DNA of 64,000 nucleotides. Origin: Asterias rubens (lineage: Eukaryota). Below, in pieces: positions 44,092 to 56,891 of the stretch. Made by a program: the position numbers and the translations under genes. Positions within the stretch are counted from its first letter, which is position 1, and each line of letters begins with the position of its first letter. Below the pieces are notes generated by a model. The model searched no databases and was not told the origin of the DNA. It saw nothing but the letters and a program-made list of their open reading frames with translations. Location: contig NC_047066.1 in the NCBI RefSeq assembly GCF_902459465.1, positions 11,408,001 to 11,472,000 of the forward strand, written 5' to 3'.

Positions 44092-45224
44092 AGATTACAA
44101 TTTACATTTAACAATATGTACAATGCACAATGTACATTGTACCTACTGTAGGGAAGAATATAGCCTAAATGGGGCAATTGAACAAATAATATTCAGTAGG
44201 CCCTATTACATTCACAGATCATGTGGGAAGAAAGTTTAAAAGGCGCGCTCTTTAAAGATGTGATTCAACCCGGGTTTCTGAGATGGTGTCAGCTGAAGAC
44301 AACCTCTCTCTCAACTAAAGATGTCTTTAAGGAAGGGAAAGAATCCACTTAATGTAAGCCTACACTCCGTCACTCTCTCTTAGTCTTAGTTTGTACTCTT
44401 TGAACATTCAAATAAATTTACAGATCCAGAAATTCAAACGACTTTGTTAAGACAGTGTAAAGTTTTATGTTTTACATTTAGAAAAAGTAATTCTTTTTAC
44501 AAGAAATTAAATTGGATTTAAAAATTATCTTTTTAAAAAATATGAATTTAGTGATTTAATTCACAGAGGTAAACTAAGGTCATTAAAAAAACTAATGATA
44601 TTCTCCGACTTCCTTTGTTGTGCCTGCTTAATTATTAATCCTGTTTGCCTTTTTGTTAGGCCTATAGATGTATCGTAACAATCATTATCCATTTCTTTTG
44701 ACAATTCAAAGGTAGTTTTACTGTACTTGTCAAATAAAATGTATGACAGAAAAGATCAATTTGTTCAAAACTAGGGGGAGATCAACATACATGTAGCTGC
44801 CACCTTTGGGAAAAAAATTAAAACAATGGAATACTAAAAACCAAGGACCTCTTTATTCCTTTTTTTTTTAAGTCTAGATGAGAAACAAGTATATTGGTTT
44901 AAGTGGCCTACATAATATTGGCTGTAGCTGAAGTTCTCAAACGTTCAGTTGCATGGAAAAACGAATTGTTAATTCTTTCCAAGCAAAATCAGCAAATTGG
45001 GTCATGAGTCTACAGTCTCTATGTGTCCAGATGAATGTTCCGAGTTCTGACTATTTACAATGTAATGTACCTGGACTCAGTCCAGGGGCCGGGGGTTCAC
45101 CCTAGCAAGAAAGTAAAAAAAAAATCAAGTATGGTCCATGTACATGTACGTGCCAATGATGTTATAATGTATTATAATGAACGTCTGCCACCGAGCACAC
45201 TCTGGCAGTCTTGGAACCATTGAG

Positions 45225-45575
45225 AAGGGCCACAAATTGAGCTAGATCAGCTATAATAATTTGGGGGGCTAATCATCCTTACTCGCAGCTAAGAGCTGAA
45301 TTGCGAAGGACGCGGCTACAACGTGTTCGAGAAGCAGGCATGCAAGGGCGCATTCAGCTGCCAGCCACATCAACCCATTATGACCACGGAGCACAGCCAA
45401 GATCGAAAGTGTTTGACTTTCCTGAGGGAGGAAAACCGGATAGTCTGGAAAACCCTTGTGGCACAGCAGAGAACCAACGCACAACTCAACTCACATATGG
45501 CCCCGACCGGGAATCGAACCGGGTCACCTTGGTGAGAGGCGAGCGCTTTACGCACAAGCCAACCGTGCCAGCTAT
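45225..45575 (-). mobile_element. tRNA-derived SINE with V-SINE-like central domain
   Basis: Minus strand: A-box-like TGGCACGGTTGG, B box GGTTCGATTCC, then GTGAGTTGAGTTG..GTTGGTTCTC...TCCGGTTTTCCTCCC. Confidence 0.7.
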
Positions 45576-46938
45576 GAGAGTTAACCTGATGAAACCTTGG
45601 GAAATGTTTGGCATTTAGTTTGTTTGTTTGTTTAGATGATCTTCCCATCAAGGGAACTCGGAAAACTCCCACAAGGGGATATAAACACCAAGTTGGCAAC
45701 AGCCAGTCTCTCTCATACAAACATTGGTTTAACGTCTATGACTATGAATTGCACAAATCAAGAAATTGTGATTCAGTAACTAGACGACAATATTTATTCC
45801 AGTCATTGTGAAATCAGCGGTTAGCTTGGGGATTCAAACCCATAACCTGGTGATTGCAAGTCCTGCAGTCTAACCACTCAGGAATCATGAAAGGGGGTGA
45901 AATTTGCATACCTTTTAGTGTTTCTCTTGAAAGTGCAAAATCCGGTCTGACTGCCACTTTTTCACTCATCATTTTGATCAACATAGATAGGGGCCAAGTA
46001 TTTTTTTCTTCTTACTTTTAAAACTTCTGAACCTATAGGGTTAGGTTTTCAATCACTCAGTCGAGTAAAAAAGCAAAAGTGAGCTGCGTACATCATGGGG
46101 CTAGCATATATAATGCCTTTTTTAGTAAAATATTATACAACTTTTGTGAAAATAAGTGAAAGTTCTAGCTAGTTCTGCATTTAAATAAATTACAGTCTTC
46201 CCTAGATCCACCAGTCAACTAGTAGTAGTAGTACAATTCAATTCAATTCACTTTATTTCCAAATCCAAACAAATAAACAAAACAAATAAACAAAACAATT
46301 AGGAGTGAGTAAAGAACTACAGTCCTACACCCTCTTCTAAAAATAAAATGCCAAATAAATGATCCGCCACTTTTATCATACGCCACCCATTTCCTTAAAA
46401 CTTACACTTACAGCATTGGTCAGCAGCCAACGATGAAGTGCAGCTAGCCACTGAGCTGAGTGAGGGTGAGAGAAAAAGGGTGAGCACAGCCACAGCTTTC
46501 AATTTCATCTACCGTGTTTTGCTTCTGCAACCTAAAGTAGCTAAGTTCTAAATAATAAAGTTCTATTCTATGATTTAATCTTATGTTTATTCTGATGATC
46601 TCATCTGCCCACATGCCCATGTAAATGGCTGGGGTGTATATGACTCTATTAAGGTAAGGCAGGCAGTACAACATGCTCTTACCTTAGCTTTATACTTTAG
46701 GCATGTGTGTAAATGGGGTATCTTACTAAAAAATAAATAAAACAAAAGGCATGGACTGGAGGAAGAAAGGGAAGTCACAATGATCAACACAAATAAAAGG
46801 GAGGGGCGTCTTGGTTATTTTTTGTCGTCACCGATCCGATCGGTACCTGCCTGCATGTTCGTTTCAAGCGCTACATCATTCAAATAAATACAACAAGTAT
46901 CCGTTTTACCTTTACATGGACATAGAAATAAATCATAC

Positions 46939-47150
46939 CTTGTTTGTGGTTCGTTGCAGCAGATGACAATCCATTTGTAAAAGATGTGTCACAATTGACA
47001 GGACAACATCTTCCTCACGGGCGATCGCACACACCGCGCTGCAAATATTAATCGCGATCGAACCACTTGCAGTGTGAATGGTACCCTTCTACCCAAACGC
47101 AATGGAAGTTGATGTAGACGTGCATACTGGGACGCGCCATCTTGTTCTGA
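46939..47150 (-). promoter_or_regulatory. Candidate first non-coding exon and TSS region of the cytospin gene
   Basis: CpG-richer patch, AAGATGGCG (YY1-like) motif at 47135-47143 on the minus strand, AAG|GTATGA donor at 46939/46938. Linkage to cytospin is inferred only. Confidence 0.4.
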
Positions 47151-48515
47151 CTTGGAACCTAAATTTGAAGAGCGCCCTCTATTGAAACTAAATAAGTCAT
47201 TCAAGAATACTATTATTTTGAATTATTCCCGTCAAGCTAACGTTACGACCACCAGGGCGCTCTAAATGTTGAGAACAAATTGCAAATTGTGTTGGGAAAT
47301 GGGACATTTTGTCATACAACTCAAAAACCTGACCTTGCATTTCCTTCGTTCAAATGGCAAACTAACAAACAATATTATTTAACTTTTGTCTGTGGAAATT
47401 TCAGTTTGTTTAAACAATGATAACCTCTGTCATTTTGTTTGATTGAAACACAATCTTCTCAGAAGTTGTGTGGAGAACGCTGTCAAAACCCAACATTTTG
47501 TGGCTCGCCGCAACAATCTATATCAAAAACACGCTAACTCCAATAATCCGCAGTGCAAAGTCTTCGTTCAACAAGCAACAGAGGGGGTAAAACACCAGCT
47601 AAATGGCTATGTAAAGCTTTATGCTATTGGTCCATACTCACCCCTGTCTATTTGCCGATGGAACTTGAAACAGTGCTTATGATTCGTCAGTAGTTATTTG
47701 TGCACAAAAAAACGGATTGTGCTCTACGCTAGCGGATTAGTGTGCGCGACAGACGGTTCCGACAGACAATGAACGACGTAAATCGACGCTTAACTACACG
47801 TAAGTTTTGAATCCCCTTTCTCTTGAATTTTCACACAAAAAAGGTGCAACTATAAAGATAATGCACTGTAGCTCAATCTGTGCCAATAAAGTTTTGATAT
47901 GTTGAAGAGAACATGAGAAAATAGATGTTTAAAAACTGCATAAATTGTTGATAGCCCGCCACGATTTGCTGTAGGTTCGCGTGGGTCGCTGGACCAGTTC
48001 ATTCTTTCAAAATAATATTTTGTTATTTTAAAATGTTACAAAAAGCTTGCTCTATGCGTTATACAAATATTTTTACACTCTCATTCAACTAAAAGTTTCA
48101 TCTGATTCTCATGAGGCCTTGATCAATTTGTTGTTAATAAATGTTCAAGTATATTGATTTTATTCAGAAAATGATGGTTTTGTTTTCAATCCTTTAAAGT
48201 ATGGGGTATAGATATAATAGACCTTATGCATTGACGTCATCCAGCCGCCATCTTTGAGGTCAAACGGTGACGAAACAATAAAAATGCACATAGATTGACC
48301 GATGAACAATCTCCTTTTGACCTCAATGCGGGGGCGCTGTACTGAAATGACGTCATGTGCATAAGGTCTATTAATTATTAGAACCGCGGCGCCCGCTGTA
48401 CAGTAGATCATGTACACATAGTTGAATATATCCCTGAACACCCCTATTACAAAACGGTTGGTCCCATCAATGTTGCCAGCAACGCGCGTGTGTGTCTGTA
48501 CGAATCATGGGAGAC

Positions 48516-48866
48516 CAGACAACTCGTCCGTCGGACAACTCGTCAGTTCGGACAACTCGATTTATTCAACCGTCACACAACTCGACTTGGGGTCAAGACA
48601 AGTCGACGGCCCCGGGGGAGGGGGTATATTATGGTGGGTGGGTAAACGGATAATTGATTTTTTTCATTTTTGTAAATTTAAAGAATCGCAGGAATTATAC
48701 CGGAGAGTTCGTGTAAACATGACAGTAACGGAGGTCGGCCGCTCAACCGTCGACTTGTCTCGGCCATCCGTCGAGTTGTCTCAAAGTCGAGTTGTCTGAA
48801 CTGTCGAGTTGTCTGAACCGTCGAGTTGTCCGAGCGGACGAGTTGTCCGACGGACGAGTTGTCTGA
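48516..48866. mobile_element. Fold-back MITE with ACAACTCG/CGAGTTGT subterminal repeat arrays
   Basis: Several ACAACTCG units on the left, mirrored by CGAGTTGT units on the right. Confidence 0.65.
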
Positions 48867-49309
48867 CATTCGAATTATGTGAATTGCTGCCAATGGCATG
48901 GTGAAATTACATGTCATACGGCTTGACACTTTTGTGCACGGTAGAGTTGATCTCATAATTTTATTTCCATACTCTCAAAAAAGAATAACAAAAGTTACGT
49001 GTATTACGGAGTAGGGCCATTCTCCCGTCACGTGTGTGACATTTGGAAGCATTTTTGAAGCGTAGTATTTTAAAAAGAATTTCTGCTCTAGAAGGATTTT
49101 GTATTAATTCAGTATAGAAGTCAACTACAGGGGACACTTTATGTTATGGTAAAACATTTGTCTCAAATTTATCTTGAATTTTCATTTTACAGGTAAAAAT
49201 GTTGTCCGTTACGTGTGTGACATCAGAAAATTGCAAATTTTTGACTCGGCGTTTTCTTTCTTTAAACTCTGTGATTTGGCTGACCTTCAACTTTGGCCAT
49301 TCCTATAGA

Positions 49310-49745
49310 CAGAGAGAAGAGACATTGGCATCATCAAGTGGAATCAAGCCAAACTCATAGCTCATGTACAGTCCTGGCACCAATGCAGAGTCAGGGAGGC
49401 CATCGATTTACAAGCACACCATACAGTTCCAGAAGACACCGGTTTCTTCATTAACGACATCTGGTCACACATCCTCAAGCCAACCCTTCCAGCAGCAGCT
49501 CACCACAAGAATGTCACGCTACAATGCACACACATCCAGACAGCAATCAACTCACACGCATTACCGGCCAAGAACAGCTTTGATCCATCCCGCCCAAATG
49601 CTCATCCATCCAATCCAGCACTTCTAAAGCTTGACCATCGCCTGTAGTCCAGCATTCTCCTGAAGACGAGCAGAATATACTGTTTGAAACGTCGAGACCA
49701 AACCGGGTCTTTCCAGAGCCAATACTCACCTTAAGAGGTTTACAC
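49310..49745 (+). mobile_element. Penelope-like element 3-prime fragment (GIY-YIG C-terminus plus pseudo-LTR-like tail)
   Basis: Translates as IKWNQAKLIAHVQSWHQCRVREAIDL...DTGFFINDIWSHIL, followed by CTGAAGACGAGCAG...GAAACGTCGAG. Confidence 0.7.
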
Positions 49746-49747
49746 AT

Positions 49748-50332
49748 GGGGCGGATTGCAATAAAACGGTCTTAGTCAGCAGTCTAAGAGCAGTCAGTTA
49801 TAGCAGGCTATCTGCCTTAGACGGTCTTAGCTTAGTCAGTCATTAAGCCTGTTGCAATAAGCCGGTCTTAGATAAGTCGGTGAAAAATAATGAAATACGA
49901 ACAAATGTCCCATAATACTTAGCACTCTGCAGGCACTGGCGGTACGGCATTGTTCTTATTGCTTTGGTTTAAATCATCGGATATCAAATCTGTGAGTTGT
50001 ATCATTTTTACTTTTGGGAACATATACATTTAAGATACAGTCACCTTGATCATCATCATAATGCCTCCCATGGGTGTAATCTATTTCTAAAATACAATCT
50101 CATCCTAGAGCTCTTTGTATCAAATCATCTACAACTAACAAATGCAGCTATCTTTAAAAACCAAAACAAAGACCGATTATAGCCAGCTCAGAGCAGGCTT
50201 AAGATTTAAGACTGGCTATAACTATAGACCGCTATTGCAATCGGTCTATAATTAAAGACTGTCTAAGCGCGTCTCAAGTTAGCCGGCTATAGCGCATAGA
50301 CTGGTTTAATACCGCTTGGTACAATCCGCCCC
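49748..50332. mobile_element. Non-autonomous Harbinger-type element (TIR GGGGCGGATTG)
   Basis: GGGGCGGATTGCA...TACAATCCGCCCC with TAAGAC/GTCTTA subterminal repeats. Confidence 0.65.
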
Positions 50333-51994
50333 TGGTGTTCCCGGTAAATTCTTATTTCTCCACACCATGCAAAGCTTCAAACAATACATATCCCAGATGG
50401 GATTGAAGCGCAACAAACCTAGGTAGAATAGCTACAGAATGATCTCTTTATACTCGAAACTCTATTTCGTGATGCATTTTTCTCATTGTCTATATTTTTT
50501 CTTTAATTTTTTTTTACGGCGACGGTGAGCCATCTGCCTATGGGAGACCAATGGAAACTGCACATGCCATTCGAGCGGCAGCAGCCATGAAGACATCAAT
50601 GGGAGCTGTGTATCTTTGAGGAAAACTACAGGAAAAGGTAAGTTTATTTTAAGGTGGATTGATAGCTTGGGAAGTAATGAGGGAACGTATTGATAGCTTG
50701 GGAAGTAATGAGGGACCGTAAGTTGTTGAGATTTATCCTGAAATCAAGATTATGTCTAGATTTAAAAGGGGCTCCATGCTAAAATTTAGCTTTGCAAATC
50801 ACCAGTTTTCCAATTTTAAACCTCGCGGCATGAATATTATTCTATGGTGAGAAGTGTTTACTGAAAATAATGATTTTGTAATGACTTGATTGGCATATAT
50901 TTCAGGAGTCTGCAGTTCTGCTGGGGAAGGGGTGTACTACCTGCCGATGACCAAAAGCCATGATGCAACAGTGCCTGACTATGCGGACAGCATCCCAGTT
51001 GTCATTTAAGTGCACCAAACATAGGTAGATAGCTAGAGAATGATCTCTTTAATCTCTAAACTCTTGCTGGCGAAGTGCATTTTTCTAATAGTTTGTAATT
51101 GTCATTTATTTTTACGGCGACGGTGAACTGGTTAAATGTTTAACCATCTGCCCATGGGAGTCCAATGGAAACTGAACATGCCGGCGATGAAGTAATCATT
51201 GGGACCTTTGTACGCTGTGAGGAAAATGACAAGACAAGGTAAGTTTATTTTTAGTTTGATTGATGGCAAACTTTGTGATTTTGACTGGAGCATAACTGTT
51301 TTCCTCTTCTGGATTAGTGATGTGAAAAAAATAACATTGTAGTACATGTGCCAAGTACAACCTTGCAACATGAACTATAATTATTCTACAGTAAAAAGTA
51401 TTTGGTGAAAATAATTATACTGAAATGACTTAATTGACATATATTTCAGGAGTCTGCAGTTCTGCTTTGGATACCTGCTGAAAACAAGCGCCAACATGAA
51501 AACGTCCGAGAGGATGCCTGCCTATGCGGACAACATCCCAGTTGTCATTGAAGTGCACCAAACATAGGTAGTTAGCTAGAGAATGATCTCTTTAATCTCG
51601 AAACTTCGTTTCGCAGTTCATTTCATTTGCTTGGATCCTTTTTGTTCTTAAGCAGCTCTATGAAATTTGGCCCTGATGATCCAAGTCTTGATATGGTTTG
51701 TACTGATGCGAGTACATTGTAATTTTCTGTAAGATGATTGTGACGACTGCGTGTCAACATGGACCATGAAGATGTGGCGTCACAGTACAGAGAGATACAT
51801 CATGGCTTGAGGAGATAAGACTTATTCCTCAGCTACTCACCAGGGTCCTAAGTGGAATTTGAAGGTATGATCTGTTTTAGCGAAGCTTGAGATGAAAGTT
51901 TAGAAATCCATTCAAGTGCCGAAAATAGACATTTCTTAGGTTTCATAACTCAAACATAGTCCCATATACCTTAATAATAATAACAAAAAAGTTC

Positions 51995-52240
51995 TTATAT
52001 AGCGCAAATTACAAAATAAAGTCTCAAAGGGCTTATATGATTGAAAAGATGGGTTTTAAGTTTAGATTTAAATGTTCGTAACGTGGCACAGTCTATGATA
52101 TTGTTGGGAAGAGAGTTCCATAGTCTTGGAGAAGCATATTTGAAGGAGCGATGACCGTTGACCTTGCCTGAAAACTGTATGTTAAAGCGTGCGCCAGGAG
52201 GGTCACTGAGTAGGGGATATGCATACTTAATAAAAAGCAA
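51995..52240 (-). mobile_element. L2/CR1-group LINE 3-prime fragment
   Basis: GHRSFKYASPRLWNSLP...LRTFKSKLKTHLF, the typical end of L2-type ORF2. Confidence 0.8.
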
Positions 52241-52454
52241 TTACATGTATTGATTTATACACACATCTTTGACCTTTAAATCCAAATCTCAATCTAACTG
52301 TTTTTGCTTTCTTTTTTGATCATATTTAATACAGGATTAACACGGTCGAACATCTTCGAGTTGGACACGTGAAGATGCTGTGCCACCTTATGCAACACCA
52401 ATAAAACTCTTGCTTCACCACCTCATCTAAGGCGTCATGACAACAGATGAATAT

Positions 52455-52640
52455 TGTCAACAGAATGAACCCCAAGAACACAAACAAGACGGAGAGGCAG
52501 ACCAAGTTGGCGTTAGATGGATGACATCAGAGCATTTGGAAGCGTCACTTGGATGCGACAAGCGCAAGAACGATCAAGTTGGAATGGTGATGAAGAGGCC
52601 TTCCTTCTGCAGTATGTAGCGACATTATCTAGATAGATAG
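52455..52640 (+). mobile_element. RTE-clade LINE 3-prime fragment
   Basis: PRTQTRRRGRPSWR*MDDIRAFGSVTWMRQAQERSSWNGDEEAFLLQ followed by an (AGAT)n tail. Confidence 0.75.
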
Positions 52641-52733
52641 ATATTTTGCCACTTACACAAACATATTTGCTCAGTACAAAGTCAAGACAACATAAGGTTA
52701 TTTGTAAAAGTAAACTCATTACCAATAAAAGGT

Positions 52734-54660
52734 AAACAAGTGTGTTAAGGACTGTATATATGTGGTGATTTATGTAATGAAGTTTTGTATTGTAATAATG
52801 AATTAAATATAAATTGTAACTTTTATTTTGTGTCACTCTGTAATTCAATTAGTTATTATTCTAATTGTTTACATGGTATCTGTTCTGGGGTACCCTCACA
52901 TGGTGGCCACCATGTTTTTTTACTGGTTACTTTATGAAAACATGTAAATATTGTGACACAATTGGGGTTTAGTAACTCTTTTTAAAGTTGGTTATGTCAA
53001 AGGTCATGACCTTGTGTGTGTTTGAGTACTCATTAACCAGGTTTATTATTACAAAGGTCTAGACATGGTCCATGGTATTTATATGGATAATCAGTCCAGT
53101 TTTTGAGTACTCTTAACGACGTTAAACAAGTGTGTTAAGGACTGTACATAAGTGGTGATTTATGTAATGAAGTTATGTATTGTAATAATGAATTAATTAT
53201 AAATTGTAACTTTTATTTTGTGTCACTCTGTAACTCAATTATTTATTATTCTTATTGTTTACATGGTATCTGTTCTGGGGTACCCTCACATGGTGGCCAC
53301 CATGTTTTTTTACTGGTTACTTTATGAAGACATGTAAATATTGTGACACACTTGGGGTTTAGTAACTCTTGTTAAACTTTGTAATATCAAAGGTCATGAC
53401 CTTGTGGATGTGTGTTTGAGTACTCATTAACCAGGTTTATAATTACAAAGGTCTAGACATTGTCCATGGTGTTTATTAAGGGTAATCAGTTCAGTTTTCA
53501 AGTACTCGTAACGACGTTAAACAAGTGTGTTGAGGACTGTATATAAGTTGTGATTTATATAATGAAGTTTTGTATTGTAATAATGAATTAATTATAAATT
53601 GTAACTTTTATTTTGTGTCACTCTGTAATTCAATTATTTATTATTCTAATTGTTTACATGGCATCTGTTCTGGGGTACCCTCACATGGTGGCCACCATGT
53701 TTTTTTACTGGTTACTTTATGAAGACATGTAAATATTGTGACACAATTGTGGTTTAGTAACTCTTTTTAAAGTTGGTTATGTCAAAGGTCATGACCTTGT
53801 GTGTGTTTGAGTACTCATTAACCAGGTTTATTATTACAAAGGTCTAGACATTGTCCATGGTGTTTATTAAGGGTAATCAGTCCAGTTTTTGAGTACTCTT
53901 AACGACATTAATTAAGTGTGTTAAGGACTGTACATTAGTGGTGATTTATGTAATGAAGTTTTGTATTGTAATAATGAATTAAATATATATTGCAACTTTT
54001 ATTTTGTGTCACTCTGTAATTCAACTATATTCTAATTATTAACATGGTATCTGTTCTGGGGTACCCTCACATGGTAGCTACCATGTTCTTTACTGGTAAC
54101 TATATGAAGACATGTAAATATTGTGACACACTTGGGGTTTAGAACTCTTTTTAAAGTTGGTTATGTCAAAGGTCATGACCTTGTGTGTGTTTGAGTACAC
54201 CAGGTTTTTAATTGCAAAGGTCTAGACATTGTCCACGGTATTTATATGGATAATCAGTCCAGTTTTCGAGTACTCTTAACGACGTTAAACAAGTGTGTTA
54301 AGGACTGTATATAGGTAGTGATTTATGTAACGAAGTTTTGTATTGTAATATTGAATTAATTATAAACTGTAACTTTTATTTTGTGTCACTCTGTAATTCA
54401 TTTATTTATTATTCTAAATTGTTTACATGGTATCTGTTCTGAGGTACCCTCACATGGTGGCCACCATGTTTTTACTGGTTACTATTTGAAGACATGTAAA
54501 TATTGTGACACACTTGGGGTTCAGTAACTCTTTTTAAAGTTTGTAATGTCAAAGGTCATGACCTTGTCTGTGTTTGAGTAATCATTAACCAGGTTTATTA
54601 TTACAAAGGTCTAGACATTGTCTACGGTATTCCAGTTTTTGAGTACTCTTAACGACGTTA
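52734..54660. repeat. ~390-bp tandem repeat, about 5 copies
   Basis: The ACATGGTGGCCACCATGT marker recurs at 52898, 53288, 53683, 54069, 54452 (periods 390, 395, 386, 383). Confidence 0.95.
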
Positions 54661-55130
54661 TTTGATTACAAGGTTATGACATTGTTTATGGTGTTTATTT
54701 ACGGTTTCGAGTACCCATTAACGAGGTTTTGTAATTACAAAGGTCATGCCATTTTCTAGGGTTTTTATTAAGGGCGTTTGATTCAGGGAATAACAGTGCG
54801 AGGACCCGGTCTTCACTGCGAGGTAATGACCGGGTTGGTGGCTGGCGCTGTTAGGTTGACATTGGTTGCAATGTTAATTTAGGGTGTTTGAGTACTCATT
54901 AACGATGTATTATGATCTCTTTTAACTGTTAATTGTGGGATGGGAGATGACAACCTTCACGTGGTCCACCCTGTTGTTAACTAATTGTCATCAAACAATA
55001 GAGCTATATAAACATAGCTCTATGCACCAAACAATTTTTTTTTAATTACAAGGTCATGACATTTTCCTTGGTGTTTATTTAGGGGTTTTGAGTACTCATT
55101 AACGATGTAAATTTTAAACGATCTCTTTAA

Positions 55131-55275
55131 GGCCGAGTTATAGTCGGTCGCGCGATGGTCGGGCGTCGGAAATCTTGACGCGATCATAAAAAGACACGGT
55201 TTTTAGGCCTCAGTCTAAGGATTGCGCGCAAAAATTCCGTCGCGCGACCATCACGCGACCGACTATAAACCGGCC
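55131..55275. mobile_element. Harbinger-type MITE inside the duplicated terminal module
   Basis: GGCCGAGTTATAGTCGG...CCGACTATAAACCGGCC. Confidence 0.7.
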
Positions 55276-56891
55276 TTTATACTGTTATTTGTAGGATGGG
55301 AGATGACAACCTTCACGTGGTCCACCCTGTTGTTAACTAATTGTCATCAAACATTAGAGCTATGAACATACATGTTTAAAGCTCTATGCATCAAACCATA
55401 CCCTTTTCATGAAATGTAAATTGCACATAGCGCGTGCGCACTAACATTTTGGTTGGCAAAAAATGTAGGAACATCAATCGGGCTGTTTTATACACGGGTA
55501 ACGGGTGCGTGACGCAGACGCATTGTATGTCTGCATAGTGCACAACTCAGCCTCGCTACCATGGGAAGCCCGACGTATCGATACCTCTCGTCACTATAAC
55601 CCCTGGTAGTGATGTACTCGGAAAAACACTCATTGGCTCAGGAAATTTGTTATGCATTAGATGTCAAGTGCGTGCGCGCGTAGTTTTAAGATATTTGCGC
55701 GTTGATCACGCCCGCGTTTTTTATGACACGAACACGTTTTTTTAAAACAAAAGCAAACACATTCTTTAAGACTTAAGACATGCGTTTGCGCGTAGAAAAG
55801 ATTGAATAATGAATACGTACCCTCATTAATGGCATTATATGCTAGCATATAGCACATTTAAATTGGCCCATTCCAGGGGGGTTATGATCGAGCAAGGCAT
55901 GCTGGGAAAAAATGGCGCAGTGAGATCGATCACCCCTGGGAACAAAGTTGTGCGCATGCGAGAATGTAATGAGCATGAGCAAGTCTTATTATTATTATGT
56001 TTCCTGAAAAGTGTCAATCGACCCCAGCTCCGTCCGTGCGCAACTTCTCAAAAGTGCTTTAGTTTCTTTGCAAATATTCATGGTACGCGCTTATCAAAAA
56101 GTGTTTTGAATACATAATGAGCTGTGGGTGTCCTTTTTAAAAATTCAATGATATCTAAACCTCAAGTTTGATTAAATAAATGAATCGGTATTATGAATCA
56201 TAAAGGTTTACGTTTTCGATCAGGCTAATTGTTTATTAATTTCAAAAAATATTTCGAGAGGTTTTTTTTGTTTACGTTTTTGTACTAAAATTTAAGCCTC
56301 AGAATATGTCTATTTTTGTTATGTTATTGAGTCCCCGCAGTAGATTTGAAAAAATGTGTGGAAAGGGTGTTTGTTCTTTTATGCAAATCACTTGTTTATT
56401 TTGTATGATGTTACGGGAAATAGTCAGATCCGTGTGCGGCGTGTGCCGTCTCCGTTTTTAAGGAAACTCATTTTGGGGAAGATGTATGCTGTTTAGTGTA
56501 GCCCGTTCGTCGATACGCTAAAGAAACAAAACAAAGCGCACGCCTAGCGCTGCTGGAATAGAACGCGCGTGTGTCATGTAACCCTGACGTCATAATCAAT
56601 TCCATAAAAAAAATTATGAAATTGTAACATTTTTGCCCCTGTTTTTGACACCGAAAAAAATGTGTTTCCCGGTTTCCCGCAGTAAAAATTTAAAAACCTA
56701 ACAGCGGCAAAATTCTTCAAGATACTAAAAATGTACATTAAAATCTCTAATGAAATGGGAAACAGTCAGTGTCACGGCAACCGTGAAGGGTTCATCTAAG
56801 AGGAGTGATATTCATAACACACTTTGCGACGGTTTTTCTTTAAAATGTGCAATAATAATACTTTTTTTTTTTAAGTGTGTGAATGACCTAC

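Larger units (their letters stand above)
50380..52640 (+). pseudogene. Spliced non-coding or decayed gene built from tandemly duplicated exon modules (A exons 50906-51024 and 51450-51567; B exons ending in AAG|GTAAGT near 50637 and 51238; exon 51734-51864; last exon from 52335)
   Basis: Repeated TTTCAG|GAGTCTGCAGTTCTGCT...CACCAAACATAG|GTAG blocks with conserved splice sites; stops in all frames. Confidence 0.55.

Noticed and set aside
45480-45575. tRNA gene (also at ~27480-27550, ~27800-27855, ~45830-45880)
   Set aside because: Pol III boxes are present, but there is no complete cloverleaf and the sequences continue into SINE bodies.
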